Shown here piece after piece: positions 32,711 through 41,769 of a stretch of 64,000 nt of DNA; positions within the stretch are counted from its first letter, which is position 1; every line of letters begins with the position of its first letter. The translations under genes were made by a program, and so were the position numbers. The notes beneath the pieces were generated by a model. It had not been told where the DNA came from, made no database searches, and worked only from the letters and a program-made list of their open reading frames with translations. Location of the stretch: contig JADLGO010000064.1 in assembly GCA_020849275.1 (NCBI GenBank), positions 6,289-70,288 on the forward strand, read 5' to 3'. This DNA comes from Chthonomonadales bacterium (GTDB lineage: Bacteria > Armatimonadota > Chthonomonadetes > Chthonomonadales > CAJBBX01).

Positions 32711-34045
32711 ATGCGCGCCGACGATGGGCTGGCGGAGGCCGCCGCGATGGCGGCGAGCGCGCCCGCGGCCGGAGGCCCCGTGCGGCCCCTGGCGAGCGCC
32801 TTCGTCACGCTCTTCGAGTCGCCGGACCCGGACCGCGTCTTCTGCTACACGCCCGGCCTGGCGCGCCTGGGGTCCGGGCGGCTGGTGGCCACGCTCGACC
32901 TCGGCGGCCCCGGAGTGGCCGACCTGCCTGGAATCAGGCTCCAGCGCGGAGACGGCGGCAATCCGTCGCAGGGCAAGGTGCTCACCAGCGACGACGGGGG
33001 CCTCCACTGGACGCACCGCGCCGACTTCCCCTTCTACCACGCGCGGCCGTTTGCCGCCGGCCGCAGCCTCTACGTGCTCGGGCACGCGGGCGACCTGCGC
33101 ATCATGCGCTCAGACGACGAGGGCGTCACCTGGTCGGCGTCCGCCGCGCTCACGCGCGGCCAGGAGTGGCATCAGTCGGCGTGCAACGTACACTATGCCG
33201 GCGGCTGCGTCTACCTGGTCATGGAGCGGCGCGTGTCGCACCAGATCCGCGCCTGGGCCGTGGGTGAGCTCGCGCCGGTCCTGATGCGCGCCCGGGTCGA
33301 TGACGACCTGACGCGTCGGGAGAGCTGGACCTTCGCGTCCGAGCTCAGCTTCGGCCAGGCCCTGGCGGGCGCCGCCGAGGGCCCGGAGGTCGACTACTTC
33401 GGCGTGCCCTTCCACCGCGCCCCCTACCCGGCCGGCGCCGAAGCCGCGCCGGGCCGCCGCTGCGCGCCGATGGGCTGGCTGGAGACGAACGTCGTGCAGA
33501 TTGTGGATCGTGACCACGCATGGTTCGCGCCGGGCACCTTCCACCTCTGGATGCGCGCGCACACGGGCGGCACGGGCTACGCGGCGGTGGCGAAGGTGCT
33601 GGAGAGCGCCGATGGGTCGATGGCCACGATGCTCGAGACGGTGCCGAGCGGCAAGCGCATCCTCTACGCGCCCTGCCCGGGCGGGCAGATGCGCTTCCAC
33701 GTGCTCTACGACGCCGAGAGCCGGCTCTACTGGCTCCTGAGCAGCCAGGCCACCGACTCCATGACGCGCGCCGACCGGCTGCCTCCGGAGCGGTTCAACC
33801 TGCCGAACAACGAGCGCCACCGGCTGCAACTGCACTTCTCGCGCAACATGGTGGACTGGTGCTTCGCCGGCATCGTGGCGGTGGGGGGCGGACCGAGGGA
33901 GTCGCGGCACTATGCCAGCATGGTAGTCGACGGCGAGGACCTGGTGGTGCTCTCGCGCAGCGGTGACGCGCGGGCGCGCAGCGCCCACGACGGCAACCTG
34001 ATCACCTTCCACCGCATCCCGCGCTTCCGCGACCTGGTCTACTGA
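32711..34045 (+). CDS. BNR/Asp-box repeat beta-propeller protein (sialidase/GH33-like), no signal peptide
   Basis: GGAGG 5 nt upstream. Asp-box motifs SDDGGLHW and SDDEGVTW. Propeller-like repeats throughout. Confidence 0.7.
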   Translation: MRADDGLAEAAAMAASAPAAGGPVRPLASAFVTLFESPDPDRVFCYTPGLARLGSGRLVATLDLGGPGVADLPGIRLQRGDGGNPSQGKVLTSDDGGLHWTHRADFPFYHARPFAAGRSLYVLGHAGDLRIMRSDDEGVTWSASAALTRGQEWHQSACNVHYAGGCVYLVMERRVSHQIRAWAVGELAPVLMRARVDDDLTRRESWTFASELSFGQALAGAAEGPEVDYFGVPFHRAPYPAGAEAAPGRRCAPMGWLETNVVQIVDRDHAWFAPGTFHLWMRAHTGGTGYAAVAKVLESADGSMATMLETVPSGKRILYAPCPGGQMRFHVLYDAESRLYWLLSSQATDSMTRADRLPPERFNLPNNERHRLQLHFSRNMVDWCFAGIVAVGGGPRESRHYASMVVDGEDLVVLSRSGDARARSAHDGNLITFHRIPRFRDLVY

Positions 34046-34048
34046 GAC

Positions 34049-34078
34049 CGAAGGCCGCGCGACGACGCGCGGCCTTCG
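34049..34078. terminator. Bidirectional terminator-like hairpin
   Basis: CGAAGGCCGCGCG / CGCGCGGCCTTCG, a perfect 13-bp stem with a 4-nt loop (ACGA). It fills the 40-nt gap between convergent genes. Confidence 0.6.
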
Positions 34079-34085
34079 CGCAACC

Positions 34086-34982
34086 TCAGCCCGGCGCCCG
34101 GCGCCATTGCTCGCGCAGGAAGGCAACGGCCTTCGGGATCTCCGTCTCGCGGTCGCCGATCACCCCGCACTCCAGGCTGCAGAAGTCCTGGTAGCCGATC
34201 ATCTTCAGACCCCGGAAGCCGTTGATGTAGTCGCGATCGTCCTGGCCAGGCAGATTGCGCTTGCGCGAGGCGAGGTGGACGTGGTGCAGATACGGGCCCG
34301 CGGAGATGAAGGCGCCCATGTCGCTCGTCTCCTCGATGCCCATGTGGTAGAAGTCGCCCATCATATGGACGCCGGGGCTCTCGACATCGCGGCAGATGGC
34401 GGCGGCATCGGCGAGCTGGCGCAAGAAGAACGCTTCGCCTCGGTTGAGTGGCTCCAGCAGCACGCGCGTGCCGGCGGCGCGCGCGTGTTCGCCCAACTCG
34501 CGCAACAGGCCCACCAGGATGTCGCGCGCCTCCTTGTTGCCGAGGTTCGTCTGGCCGTTAAAGGCGGGCACCACGATCATCCCGGTGGATCCCAGCTCAC
34601 CCGCGGCGGTCAGGATCTCCTTGATGGTGGTCATCGCACGCTGACGCTCGGTCTCCTGGTTGGAGATCAGCGCGCCCTGGAACCCGGCGCAGATGGCGCT
34701 CAGCCGGACCTTGCGACCGTTGAGGGCCTCCCGGATCTCGCGGACTCGCCCAGGCAGGCCGCCGCCTCCCACCTCGAGGCCGTCGAAGTCCCAGCGCTCC
34801 ATGCGGTCGAGCCTCTCAGCCAGGCTCTGGCCGGGGATGATGCCTTCCTGGCTGGAGACCTTCAGCACCGCGCGCGCCTTCGGCTGCGCCGGGCGGGCCC
34901 GCGCCGTGCCCCCGGCCGCCGCCGCCAGGCCGGCCGCCGCGCCGGCCGCGAGCAGTCCGCGCCGATCCAGTTTCATGCCCAT
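34086..34982 (-). CDS. TAT-exported sugar phosphate isomerase/epimerase (xylose-isomerase-like TIM barrel)
   Basis: Twin-arginine signal MGMKLDRRGLLAAGAAAGLAAAAGGTARA. TIM-barrel family features (VHLASRKRNLPG..., FCSLECG). Confidence 0.8.
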   Translation of the reverse strand: MGMKLDRRGLLAAGAAAGLAAAAGGTARARPAQPKARAVLKVSSQEGIIPGQSLAERLDRMERWDFDGLEVGGGGLPGRVREIREALNGRKVRLSAICAGFQGALISNQETERQRAMTTIKEILTAAGELGSTGMIVVPAFNGQTNLGNKEARDILVGLLRELGEHARAAGTRVLLEPLNRGEAFFLRQLADAAAICRDVESPGVHMMGDFYHMGIEETSDMGAFISAGPYLHHVHLASRKRNLPGQDDRDYINGFRGLKMIGYQDFCSLECGVIGDRETEIPKAVAFLREQWRRAPG

Positions 34983-35007
34983 CCTCCTCCGCGTCGCCCG
35001 CGTGCGC

Positions 35008-36297
35008 CTACGTGAGCTGCGTCTTGCCCGGAACCGCGACCGGCGGCACGCCGAGAACCCTCTTCAGGTCGTCGACTGCCGGCATCAGGCTCTCCTTCGA
35101 GTTGAGGGCCTCGTCCCAGGTGACCACCTGCCCGGTGTAGGCGGCCATCCGGCCCATGATGGCCGAGAGGGTGCTCTCCGCCACGGCCCGGGCCTCGTTG
35201 AGCGGCTTACCGGCCCGGATGCTGTTGACGAGGTCGGTGTGCTCGGTGACGTACGGGTTGTTGCCCTGGCCCTGGTAGCGCCAGGGGGTGGCGCCCCAGA
35301 TGTTGGAGCTGCAGTCGGACACGCCCCTGGTGCCCACGACGCGCTCCGACACGTTGCTGGGCGTGTTGTCCCAGTGGCGGCACATGCTCATCACGCGCAC
35401 CCCGTTGGGATACTCGAAGTCGATGGCGAAGTGGTCGAATATCTGCCCGTAGACCGGCGCGGTGCGCTGCGCGCGGCCACCCACGCCCATCGCCGAGACC
35501 GGGTGCGCGCCGAAGGCCCAGTTGGCGACGTCGATGTTGTGGACGTGCTGCTCCACGATGTGGTCGCCGCACAGCCAGGTCAGGTAGTACCAGTGGCGGA
35601 TCTGCCACTCGAGCGTGGCGTCGTTTTCGGTGAACTCGCCGGTGCCGTTGCCCACGCCGCCGCCGTTCCAGTAGACCTGGGCGCCCACCAGGTCGCCGAT
35701 GGCGCCATCGTGGATGCGCCGCATCGTGGCGACGTAGCCGTTCTGGTGGCGGCGCTGCGTGCCGGCGACCACGGCCAGGCCCTTCTGTGTGGCCAAATCG
35801 CCGGCGGCGAGGACGGCGCGGATGCCGGGGGCGTCCGTGGCGACGGGCTTCTCCATGAAGACGTGCTTGCCGGCCTCGATCGCTGCCTGGAAATGAACCG
35901 GGCGAAAGCCGGGCGGCGTGGCCAGGATCACCAGCTGAATGTCCTGGGCGAGCACGTGCTTGTAGGCGTCGATCCCGGTGAAGCAGCGCTCGTCGGTCAC
36001 CTTGAGCTTGTCGCCAAGGCCCTTCAGGTGCTCGCGGCTGCCGTTGAGGCGATCCTCGAAGACGTCGCCCATCGCCCAGATCTCGATGTTGGGGGCGGAG
36101 TTGGCGCAGTCGCCCGCGGCGCCGGTGCCGCGGCCGCCGCAGCCGATCAGGCCGACGCGGATGCGGTCGGAGCCCTGCGCGAAGGCGTAGTTGCCGGTGG
36201 AGAGGAGGGCGGCGGACACGGCAGCGGCTGCCGAGGACCTCAGAAAGTGCCTGCGCGTGACGCCGTTGCCGGCGGGCGCGTCGTTCGGTGCGCTCAT
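35008..36297 (-). CDS. TAT-exported Gfo/Idh/MocA family oxidoreductase
   Basis: Track ORF 35008..36657 trimmed to the ATG at 36295-36297 (GGGAGGA upstream). Signal TRRHFLRSSAAAAVSAALL. Rossmann motif IRVGLIGCGGRG and the EKP motif HVFMEKPVA. Confidence 0.85.
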   Translation of the reverse strand: MSAPNDAPAGNGVTRRHFLRSSAAAAVSAALLSTGNYAFAQGSDRIRVGLIGCGGRGTGAAGDCANSAPNIEIWAMGDVFEDRLNGSREHLKGLGDKLKVTDERCFTGIDAYKHVLAQDIQLVILATPPGFRPVHFQAAIEAGKHVFMEKPVATDAPGIRAVLAAGDLATQKGLAVVAGTQRRHQNGYVATMRRIHDGAIGDLVGAQVYWNGGGVGNGTGEFTENDATLEWQIRHWYYLTWLCGDHIVEQHVHNIDVANWAFGAHPVSAMGVGGRAQRTAPVYGQIFDHFAIDFEYPNGVRVMSMCRHWDNTPSNVSERVVGTRGVSDCSSNIWGATPWRYQGQGNNPYVTEHTDLVNSIRAGKPLNEARAVAESTLSAIMGRMAAYTGQVVTWDEALNSKESLMPAVDDLKRVLGVPPVAVPGKTQLT

Positions 36298-36460
36298 GGT
36301 TCCTCCCTGGTGTGCGACTGGCGTTGCGTTCCGGGGGAGCGGGCGCCCGGACCCCGGAGGTCCCGGACTCGCGCCGCGCTCCGGCACGGGAGGGCGGCCC
36401 GCCGCGGGTAGAATAGAGACGGCGGCGAAGGGGCGACGATGGGCGGCGCGAGCCGTCAGG

Positions 36461-37318
36461 TTATGGCTCGCGGAGGACGCGGAAGCCGGCGAAGGAGCCG
36501 TCCGCAAGCCACCACTTGCTCTTGGGGATCTGCGGGTCGGTTGCGTTCCAGTCCGGCGTCTGCCAGGCGCGCGTGCCGAAGAGGATCCGGGCGGCCGGGT
36601 CGTCGTAGGTCCCCCCACAGAGAACGGGCTTCCCGTCGAGCCCGGTGCACCACTCACCGGCGTTGCCGAGCATGTCGTGGATCCCCCAGGCGTTCGGCGC
36701 CTTCCTGCCGGCGGGCTGCGTCTGCCCCTTGCTGTTGGCGGCGTACCAGGCGACCTTCTGGAGCTGCGCGGTCGTCGTCTTCGGCGATCCCTTCACGCCT
36801 GCGCGCGCCGCCCATTCCCATTCGGCCTCCGTGGGGAGGCGGTACTTCTTGCCGGTCTTCGCCGAGAGCCAGGCGCAGTACTGCTGCCCGGTGTGGTAGG
36901 TCACGTTGATGACCGGGAAGCCCTTGTGTCCCCAGCCCAGGTCGGCGGGTATATACGGGCGGCTGGGCCGGGAGACGGCGTCGGCGCCGGCCTTGGGCGC
37001 GGGGCCGGATGCGGCCAGCGGGAAGGCGTAGGGGTCGAACGCGTCCCAGGTCAGTTCGGTCTGTTCGATCCAGAAGGGCTTGATCGTCACGGCCTGCGAG
37101 ACGGCGTTCTTGCCCGTCCGTTTGATGGTGATGACGCCGCCCGGCACGGCGATCATGGCGAGCTTGACCGTGGTGTCGGGCACGGCTTCCACATACGATT
37201 TCGGCGAGCCGGTCGGCGCGTCCTGGGCAGGGATGGGCATCGCCGTCGCGGCCAGCAGGGTCGCGGCGGCTGCGCAGGCCGCGGCCAACCGGCCCTGGGC
37301 AGAGATGAGGCGTTTCAC
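36461..37318 (-). CDS. Secreted formylglycine-generating-enzyme (FGE-sulfatase/SUMF1) domain protein
   Basis: GTG start at 37316-37318. Signal MKRLISAQGRLAAACAAAATLLAATA. Hallmarks YRLPTEAEWEWAARAG and WGIHDMLGNAGEWC. Confidence 0.8.
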   Translation of the reverse strand: MKRLISAQGRLAAACAAAATLLAATAMPIPAQDAPTGSPKSYVEAVPDTTVKLAMIAVPGGVITIKRTGKNAVSQAVTIKPFWIEQTELTWDAFDPYAFPLAASGPAPKAGADAVSRPSRPYIPADLGWGHKGFPVINVTYHTGQQYCAWLSAKTGKKYRLPTEAEWEWAARAGVKGSPKTTTAQLQKVAWYAANSKGQTQPAGRKAPNAWGIHDMLGNAGEWCTGLDGKPVLCGGTYDDPAARILFGTRAWQTPDWNATDPQIPKSKWWLADGSFAGFRVLREP

Positions 37319-37319
37319 G

Positions 37320-38342
37320 ATGATGAGGTACCTTCCCGTGTCGGTTGCGCTGGCGGGGACCGTGGCGTGGGGGCTCGCGGGCGCGGCGGACGAGAGTCCC
37401 CTGGCGCGTTACCAGTATACTCAACTTCATATGGGCGTGCAAGTGCGCATCGTGGTCTACGCGCCCTCCCGGGCCGCCGCCGAGACGGCGTGCGAGGCGG
37501 CCTTCGAGCGCTTCGCGCAACTCGACCAGACGCTCAGCGACTACCGACCCTCCAGCGAGATCAACCGCCTCTGCGACGCCGCCGGCGGCCCGCCCGTCCG
37601 CGTCAGCCGCGACCTCTACCGCGTTCTGGAGCGCGCCCAGCAGGTCTCGCGGCGCAGCGGCGGCGCGTTCGATGTGACCGTGGGGCCGCTCGTTGCCCTG
37701 TGGCGCGCCGCCCGCAAGAGCGGCCGCCTGCCCGCCGACCCGGAGCTGCGCGCGGCGCGGGCTCTCGTGGGCTGGCGCAAGGTGCGGCTCCTGCCGCGCG
37801 AGCGCGCCGTGCGGCTTGCGACCCCCGGCATGAGGCTCGATCTGGGCGGCATCGCCAAGGGCTACGCCGGGGACTGCGCGCAGGCCGTGCTGCGCCGGCG
37901 CGGCATCCGCAGCGCTCTCGTGGAGGCCGGCGGCGACATCGTGGTGAGCGACGCGCCGCCCGGCCGCGCCGGATGGGAGATCGAGGCGCAGGAGCGCGGC
38001 GGCACGCGCACCCTCGTCCTCGCCAACTCCGCCGTCTCCACCTCTGGCGACACGGAGCAGTTCGTTGAGGTCGACGGGCGACGCTACTCGCATGTGGTGG
38101 ACCCGCGCACCGGCCTGGGGCTCACCACCCGCGTCGCCGCCACCGTCGTCGCGCCGGACGGGCTCACCTCCGACCCGCTCTCCACCGCCGTCTGCATCCT
38201 CGGCCCCGAGAAGGGCCCCGCCTTCGCCGCCGCCTGGAAGCGCGTCCGCGCGACCGTCCGGCGTGCCGGCGACCCTTCCCCCGCCGGGACGGGCCAGCAA
38301 CCCACCGACCCATCCCCCAACCGAGGAGCAACCACACCGTGA
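37320..38342 (+). CDS. apbE: FAD:protein FMN transferase (ApbE family)
   Basis: Track ORF 37080..38342 trimmed. ATG 37320/37323 (ATG 37305 and GTG 37338 are alternatives). YRPSSEINRL, GAFDVTVGPL, LDLGGIAKGYA, SGDTEQF...RYSHVVDPRTG. Confidence 0.8.
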   Translation: MMRYLPVSVALAGTVAWGLAGAADESPLARYQYTQLHMGVQVRIVVYAPSRAAAETACEAAFERFAQLDQTLSDYRPSSEINRLCDAAGGPPVRVSRDLYRVLERAQQVSRRSGGAFDVTVGPLVALWRAARKSGRLPADPELRAARALVGWRKVRLLPRERAVRLATPGMRLDLGGIAKGYAGDCAQAVLRRRGIRSALVEAGGDIVVSDAPPGRAGWEIEAQERGGTRTLVLANSAVSTSGDTEQFVEVDGRRYSHVVDPRTGLGLTTRVAATVVAPDGLTSDPLSTAVCILGPEKGPAFAAAWKRVRATVRRAGDPSPAGTGQQPTDPSPNRGATTP

Positions 38343-39784
38343 ACGTTAAGCTATCGACCGGGCGAGAGATCCCGATCGAGATGCACAAGGTGCGCATCGT
38401 GCAGAGGGCCCGGCTTGCGCCCGCCGCGGAGCGGCTGGAGGCGATGCGGGAGGCGGGCTACAACACCTTCCTCCTGCGGACCCGCGACGTGCTCGTCGAC
38501 ATGCTCACCGACAGCGGCACCAACGCCATGAGCGACAACCAGCTCGCCGCGATGATGGTGGCCGACGATGCATACGCCGGCGGCGATAGCTTCTACCGGC
38601 TCGGAGATGCCGTCCGCGAGGTGCTCGGGTTCGAGCACTACATGCCGGTGCATCAGGGGCGGGCGGCCGAGCACCTGCTGGCCAGGGTATTGGTAAAGCC
38701 CGGCGATCGCGTGGTGACCAACTACCACTTCACCACGACTCGCGCCCACTTCGAGCTGGCGGGAGCCGGCGTCCTCGAGTTGTTCACCGACGAGGCGCTC
38801 AACACGGCCAGCGAGGCCCCGTTCAAGGGGAACCTGGACCTCGATCGCCTGTGCGCCGCCATCGCCGAGCACGGCCCTGAGCGCATCCCGTTCGTGCGCA
38901 TGGAGTGCACCACCAACCTGATCGGCGGCCAGCCTTTCTCCATGGAGAACCTCAAGGCGGTCCGCCAGATCGCCTCGCGCCACGGCATTCCCCTCGTCAT
39001 CGACGGCAGCCTCGTCTCGGAGAATGCCTACTTCATCAAGCGGCGCGAGCCCGCTTACCGCGACACGCCGCTGCCCGCGATCGTCCGCGAGATGATGGCG
39101 CAGGCCGATCTGCTCTACCTCTCCGGCCGCAAGAGCACCTGCGTCCGCGGCGGCCTGATCGCCACCAACCGCCGTGAGCTCTTTGAGCGCATCAAGCCCT
39201 GGCTGCCCGTCTACGAGGGGTTCCTGACATACGGCGGCATGTCGTCCAAGGAGATCGAGGCGATGGCGGTCGGGCTGCGCGAGATGACCGACATCGACGT
39301 GGCCAGCAGCTCCGCCGACCTGATCCAGCACTTCGTGGCGCGCATGGTGGAGGAGGGAGTGCCGGCAGTGACGCCCCCCGGCGGGCTCGCCGGCCACGTG
39401 GACGCCCGCCGGTTCGTTCCGCACATCGGTTCAATGGGCTATCCGGCCGGCGCGCTCTGCGCCGCCATCTACCTGGTGTCCGGCGTCCGGGCCATGGAGC
39501 GAGGCACCGTCTCCACGGACCGCGACGGCGAGGGCGTCGAGGTGGCCTCCGACCTGGAGTTGGCGCGCCTGGCGGTGCCGCGCCGCGTCTACACGATGGC
39601 GCACATCGAGTACGTGGTAGACCGCCTGAAGTGGCTCTACGCGCACCGCGACCTGGTGGGCGGCCTGCGGTTCGTAGAGGAGCCGCCCGTGCTGCGCTTC
39701 TTCTTCGGGCGGCTGGAGCCCGTGGGCGACTGGGGACGCGCGCTCGTGGAGGCCTTCACCTCGGAGTTCGGCCCGGCGATGTAG
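38339..39784 (+). CDS. Beta-eliminating lyase family PLP enzyme (tryptophanase / tyrosine phenol-lyase-like)
   Basis: GTG 38339 overlaps the apbE stop (GTGA), with GAGGAG 9 nt upstream. FLLRTRDVLVDMLTDSGTNAMS, the PLP-Lys context LYLSGRKSTCVRGG, and C-terminal RFFFGRLEP. Confidence 0.8.
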   Translation: MNVKLSTGREIPIEMHKVRIVQRARLAPAAERLEAMREAGYNTFLLRTRDVLVDMLTDSGTNAMSDNQLAAMMVADDAYAGGDSFYRLGDAVREVLGFEHYMPVHQGRAAEHLLARVLVKPGDRVVTNYHFTTTRAHFELAGAGVLELFTDEALNTASEAPFKGNLDLDRLCAAIAEHGPERIPFVRMECTTNLIGGQPFSMENLKAVRQIASRHGIPLVIDGSLVSENAYFIKRREPAYRDTPLPAIVREMMAQADLLYLSGRKSTCVRGGLIATNRRELFERIKPWLPVYEGFLTYGGMSSKEIEAMAVGLREMTDIDVASSSADLIQHFVARMVEEGVPAVTPPGGLAGHVDARRFVPHIGSMGYPAGALCAAIYLVSGVRAMERGTVSTDRDGEGVEVASDLELARLAVPRRVYTMAHIEYVVDRLKWLYAHRDLVGGLRFVEEPPVLRFFFGRLEPVGDWGRALVEAFTSEFGPAM

Positions 39785-39826
39785 CCGTCCGCCGATCCGG
39801 CGCGCATGGCCGTCCGGAGTCAGCGT

Positions 39827-39858
39827 GAGTCGGGGGCGCGGCGCGGCGCCCCCGACTC
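39827..39858. terminator. Bidirectional terminator-like hairpin
   Basis: GAGTCGGGGGCGC / GCGCCCCCGACTC, a 13-bp perfect stem with a 6-nt loop, between convergent genes. No U-tract. Confidence 0.5.
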
Positions 39859-39887
39859 GCATGTCAATCCCGCTCGCGCCGGGCGCG

Positions 39888-40769
39888 TCAGTCGTCGGCC
39901 AGCCGCTTGAGGTAGTCGGCGGCGGCGCGGATGTTGGCGCGGCGGCCTGCCTCGTCGTACTTGCCGATAGACTCGTCCTCAATGCACAGGTCACGGTCGT
40001 AGCCGGCGGCCCGCAGAAGCCCGACCACCCGCGCGTGGTCGATGTCGCCCTCCGTGATCGGCGACACGTAGGTCTCGTACTCGTAGCCGATCTCCCGTGG
40101 ACGGTTGCGCATCTCCTCGGGGTAGCGGATGTTCTTAACGTGGGTGTGCTTCGTGGCCGGCGCGAAGTGCTCCAGGATCTCGTAGACACGGTCGAGAGGG
40201 TGACCCGCCCAGTAGAAGTTGCCCGTGTCCAGATTCAGGCCCAGACGCGACGAGCCCACGGCGGCGAGCAGACCGTCGAGGAAGTGCGGGTCATTGCCCT
40301 GAAAGCCGTGGTTCTCGATGCCCAGGTCCACGCGCAGCCCGTCCGTGCGCTCGAGAACGTGCTTCATGCCGCTGGCGAAGATGGCCTCCCGCTCCTGGAG
40401 CGGCAGCTCCCGCTCGCCGTGCATCATGGCGTCGATGCGCACGACGGGCACCTTCAGGCTCGCCGCCACCTCCACCACGCGCACCACCCAGGCCAGCTCG
40501 CGGTCGATGTCGGGCGCGTTGAAGTTGTTGGGCAACAGGAAGGCCGAGATGGTGACGCCGCCCCGGCGCGTCTGGTCGGACAGGCGCGCCACGTCGTCGT
40601 CGCTGCTCAGCGCCAGGTGCGGGCGCTCCGGCGTGGGCGTTACGGCCCGCACGCGGTAATCGCGATCCACGGCGAGCTCGACGCCGGGGATGTCGTAGAA
40701 GCGCAGGCCATCGGCAATGCTCTCGAACCCGGTGGCCAACAGGATATCGTCGCGTATCGAAACGTACAT
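39888..40769 (-). CDS. Sugar phosphate isomerase/epimerase (xylose-isomerase-like TIM barrel), cytoplasmic
   Basis: Track ORF 39888..41066 trimmed to the ATG at 40767-40769 (GAGGG 7 nt upstream). LGIENHGF, LNLDTGNFYWAG, HTHVKN. Confidence 0.8.
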   Translation of the reverse strand: MYVSIRDDILLATGFESIADGLRFYDIPGVELAVDRDYRVRAVTPTPERPHLALSSDDDVARLSDQTRRGGVTISAFLLPNNFNAPDIDRELAWVVRVVEVAASLKVPVVRIDAMMHGERELPLQEREAIFASGMKHVLERTDGLRVDLGIENHGFQGNDPHFLDGLLAAVGSSRLGLNLDTGNFYWAGHPLDRVYEILEHFAPATKHTHVKNIRYPEEMRNRPREIGYEYETYVSPITEGDIDHARVVGLLRAAGYDRDLCIEDESIGKYDEAGRRANIRAAADYLKRLADD

Positions 40770-40935
40770 GGGAGTACCCTCATACCGCGTGTTGCCCCAT
40801 GATTCGGCGCGCCGTCGGCGGCTACCTCCAGCCGCGTTCCGGTTCCGCGCTCCCTGCACGGCACACGCATCCCGGCCCTCGCCGGCAGGCCGCCGGCGAG
40901 GGCCGGGTGCGGACCTCGCGTGAGCGCCGCGAGCC

Positions 40936-41664
40936 TCAGAACGCGCTGCTGGCGGCCGGGTTGACGATCGGGTACTCGCCCGTGGCCCCCTGGCCCCCCG
41001 GGCAGAGGATTCGGCCGACCGGGAAGTACTTGGCGTGGCCGTCGCCGAAGGCGAGGTTGGAGCCATCGTGGCGCGGCGAAGCGCCGTTGGCCAGGGCGAC
41101 GCGCGCCAGGTAGGTCACGTTGTAGGCGGTGCCGGGCCCGGTCCCGCCGGCATCCCAGTCGTTGAAGATGCCCGCGAAGCGCGAGTCGGCCACGAGGGCC
41201 ACGTCCGCCACGCCGTGCAGCGAGCCGCCGAGAGCGGCCAGCTTGCTGTAGCCCCGCCCCTGGTCATAGACGTACTCGTTGTACGCGTAGCTCAGGTCAA
41301 TACGGGCGTTCGCCGGGCCCAGGAGCTGGTCCAGGGCGCTCGGGCAGGTCAGGATCTGGTCGTTCCTCGTGTAGGGGTAGAGCGTCAGCCAGATGGCGCC
41401 CCAGTTGTAGTTGTTCCGGTCGGGCGAGCCAAAGAGCCCGTTCGGGTAGTCAACGAAGCGCGTGGTGGGAAGGGCCTCGTCGTAGTCCTGCGCGTACATC
41501 TGCAGCGCGAGGCTGATCTTCTTGCACTGACAGCTCCTTTCGTGGCACACCACCTGCGAGGGTTGTGGGTCGAGGGGCGCGGCGGGGCGCGTTGCGTGGG
41601 CGGCCTCGGCTTCCCGTTCCCCGATCGGTTGGGAAGCTCTTTCGTGCCGCGGCGTACCAGGCAC
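40936..41664 (-). CDS. DUF1559-like protein lacking the prepilin leader/TM helix (possible 5'-truncated gene remnant)
   Basis: SCQCKKISLALQMYAQDYDE aligns with SCLSNMKQ(I/V)(A/S)LAM(R/L)MY(S/A)QD(N/S)DE of the two intact paralogs. C-terminal HDGSNLAFGDGH is H-X8-DG. No GFTLIELL segment. The track start is a GTG without an SD. The only good SD (AAGGAG, complement of about 41535-41540) feeds an out-of-frame GTG. Confidence 0.5.
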   Translation of the reverse strand: MPGTPRHERASQPIGEREAEAAHATRPAAPLDPQPSQVVCHERSCQCKKISLALQMYAQDYDEALPTTRFVDYPNGLFGSPDRNNYNWGAIWLTLYPYTRNDQILTCPSALDQLLGPANARIDLSYAYNEYVYDQGRGYSKLAALGGSLHGVADVALVADSRFAGIFNDWDAGGTGPGTAYNVTYLARVALANGASPRHDGSNLAFGDGHAKYFPVGRILCPGGQGATGEYPIVNPAASSAF

Positions 41665-41769
41665 TATTCTACATCAGTTTCCCGCCGCCCGCCCGGATCG
41701 ATGCTCGCCGGCGGCCGGACCGCGAACGAATGCCCCGCCGACGGGCGAAAGGAGGGGCGGAGGTCGGAC

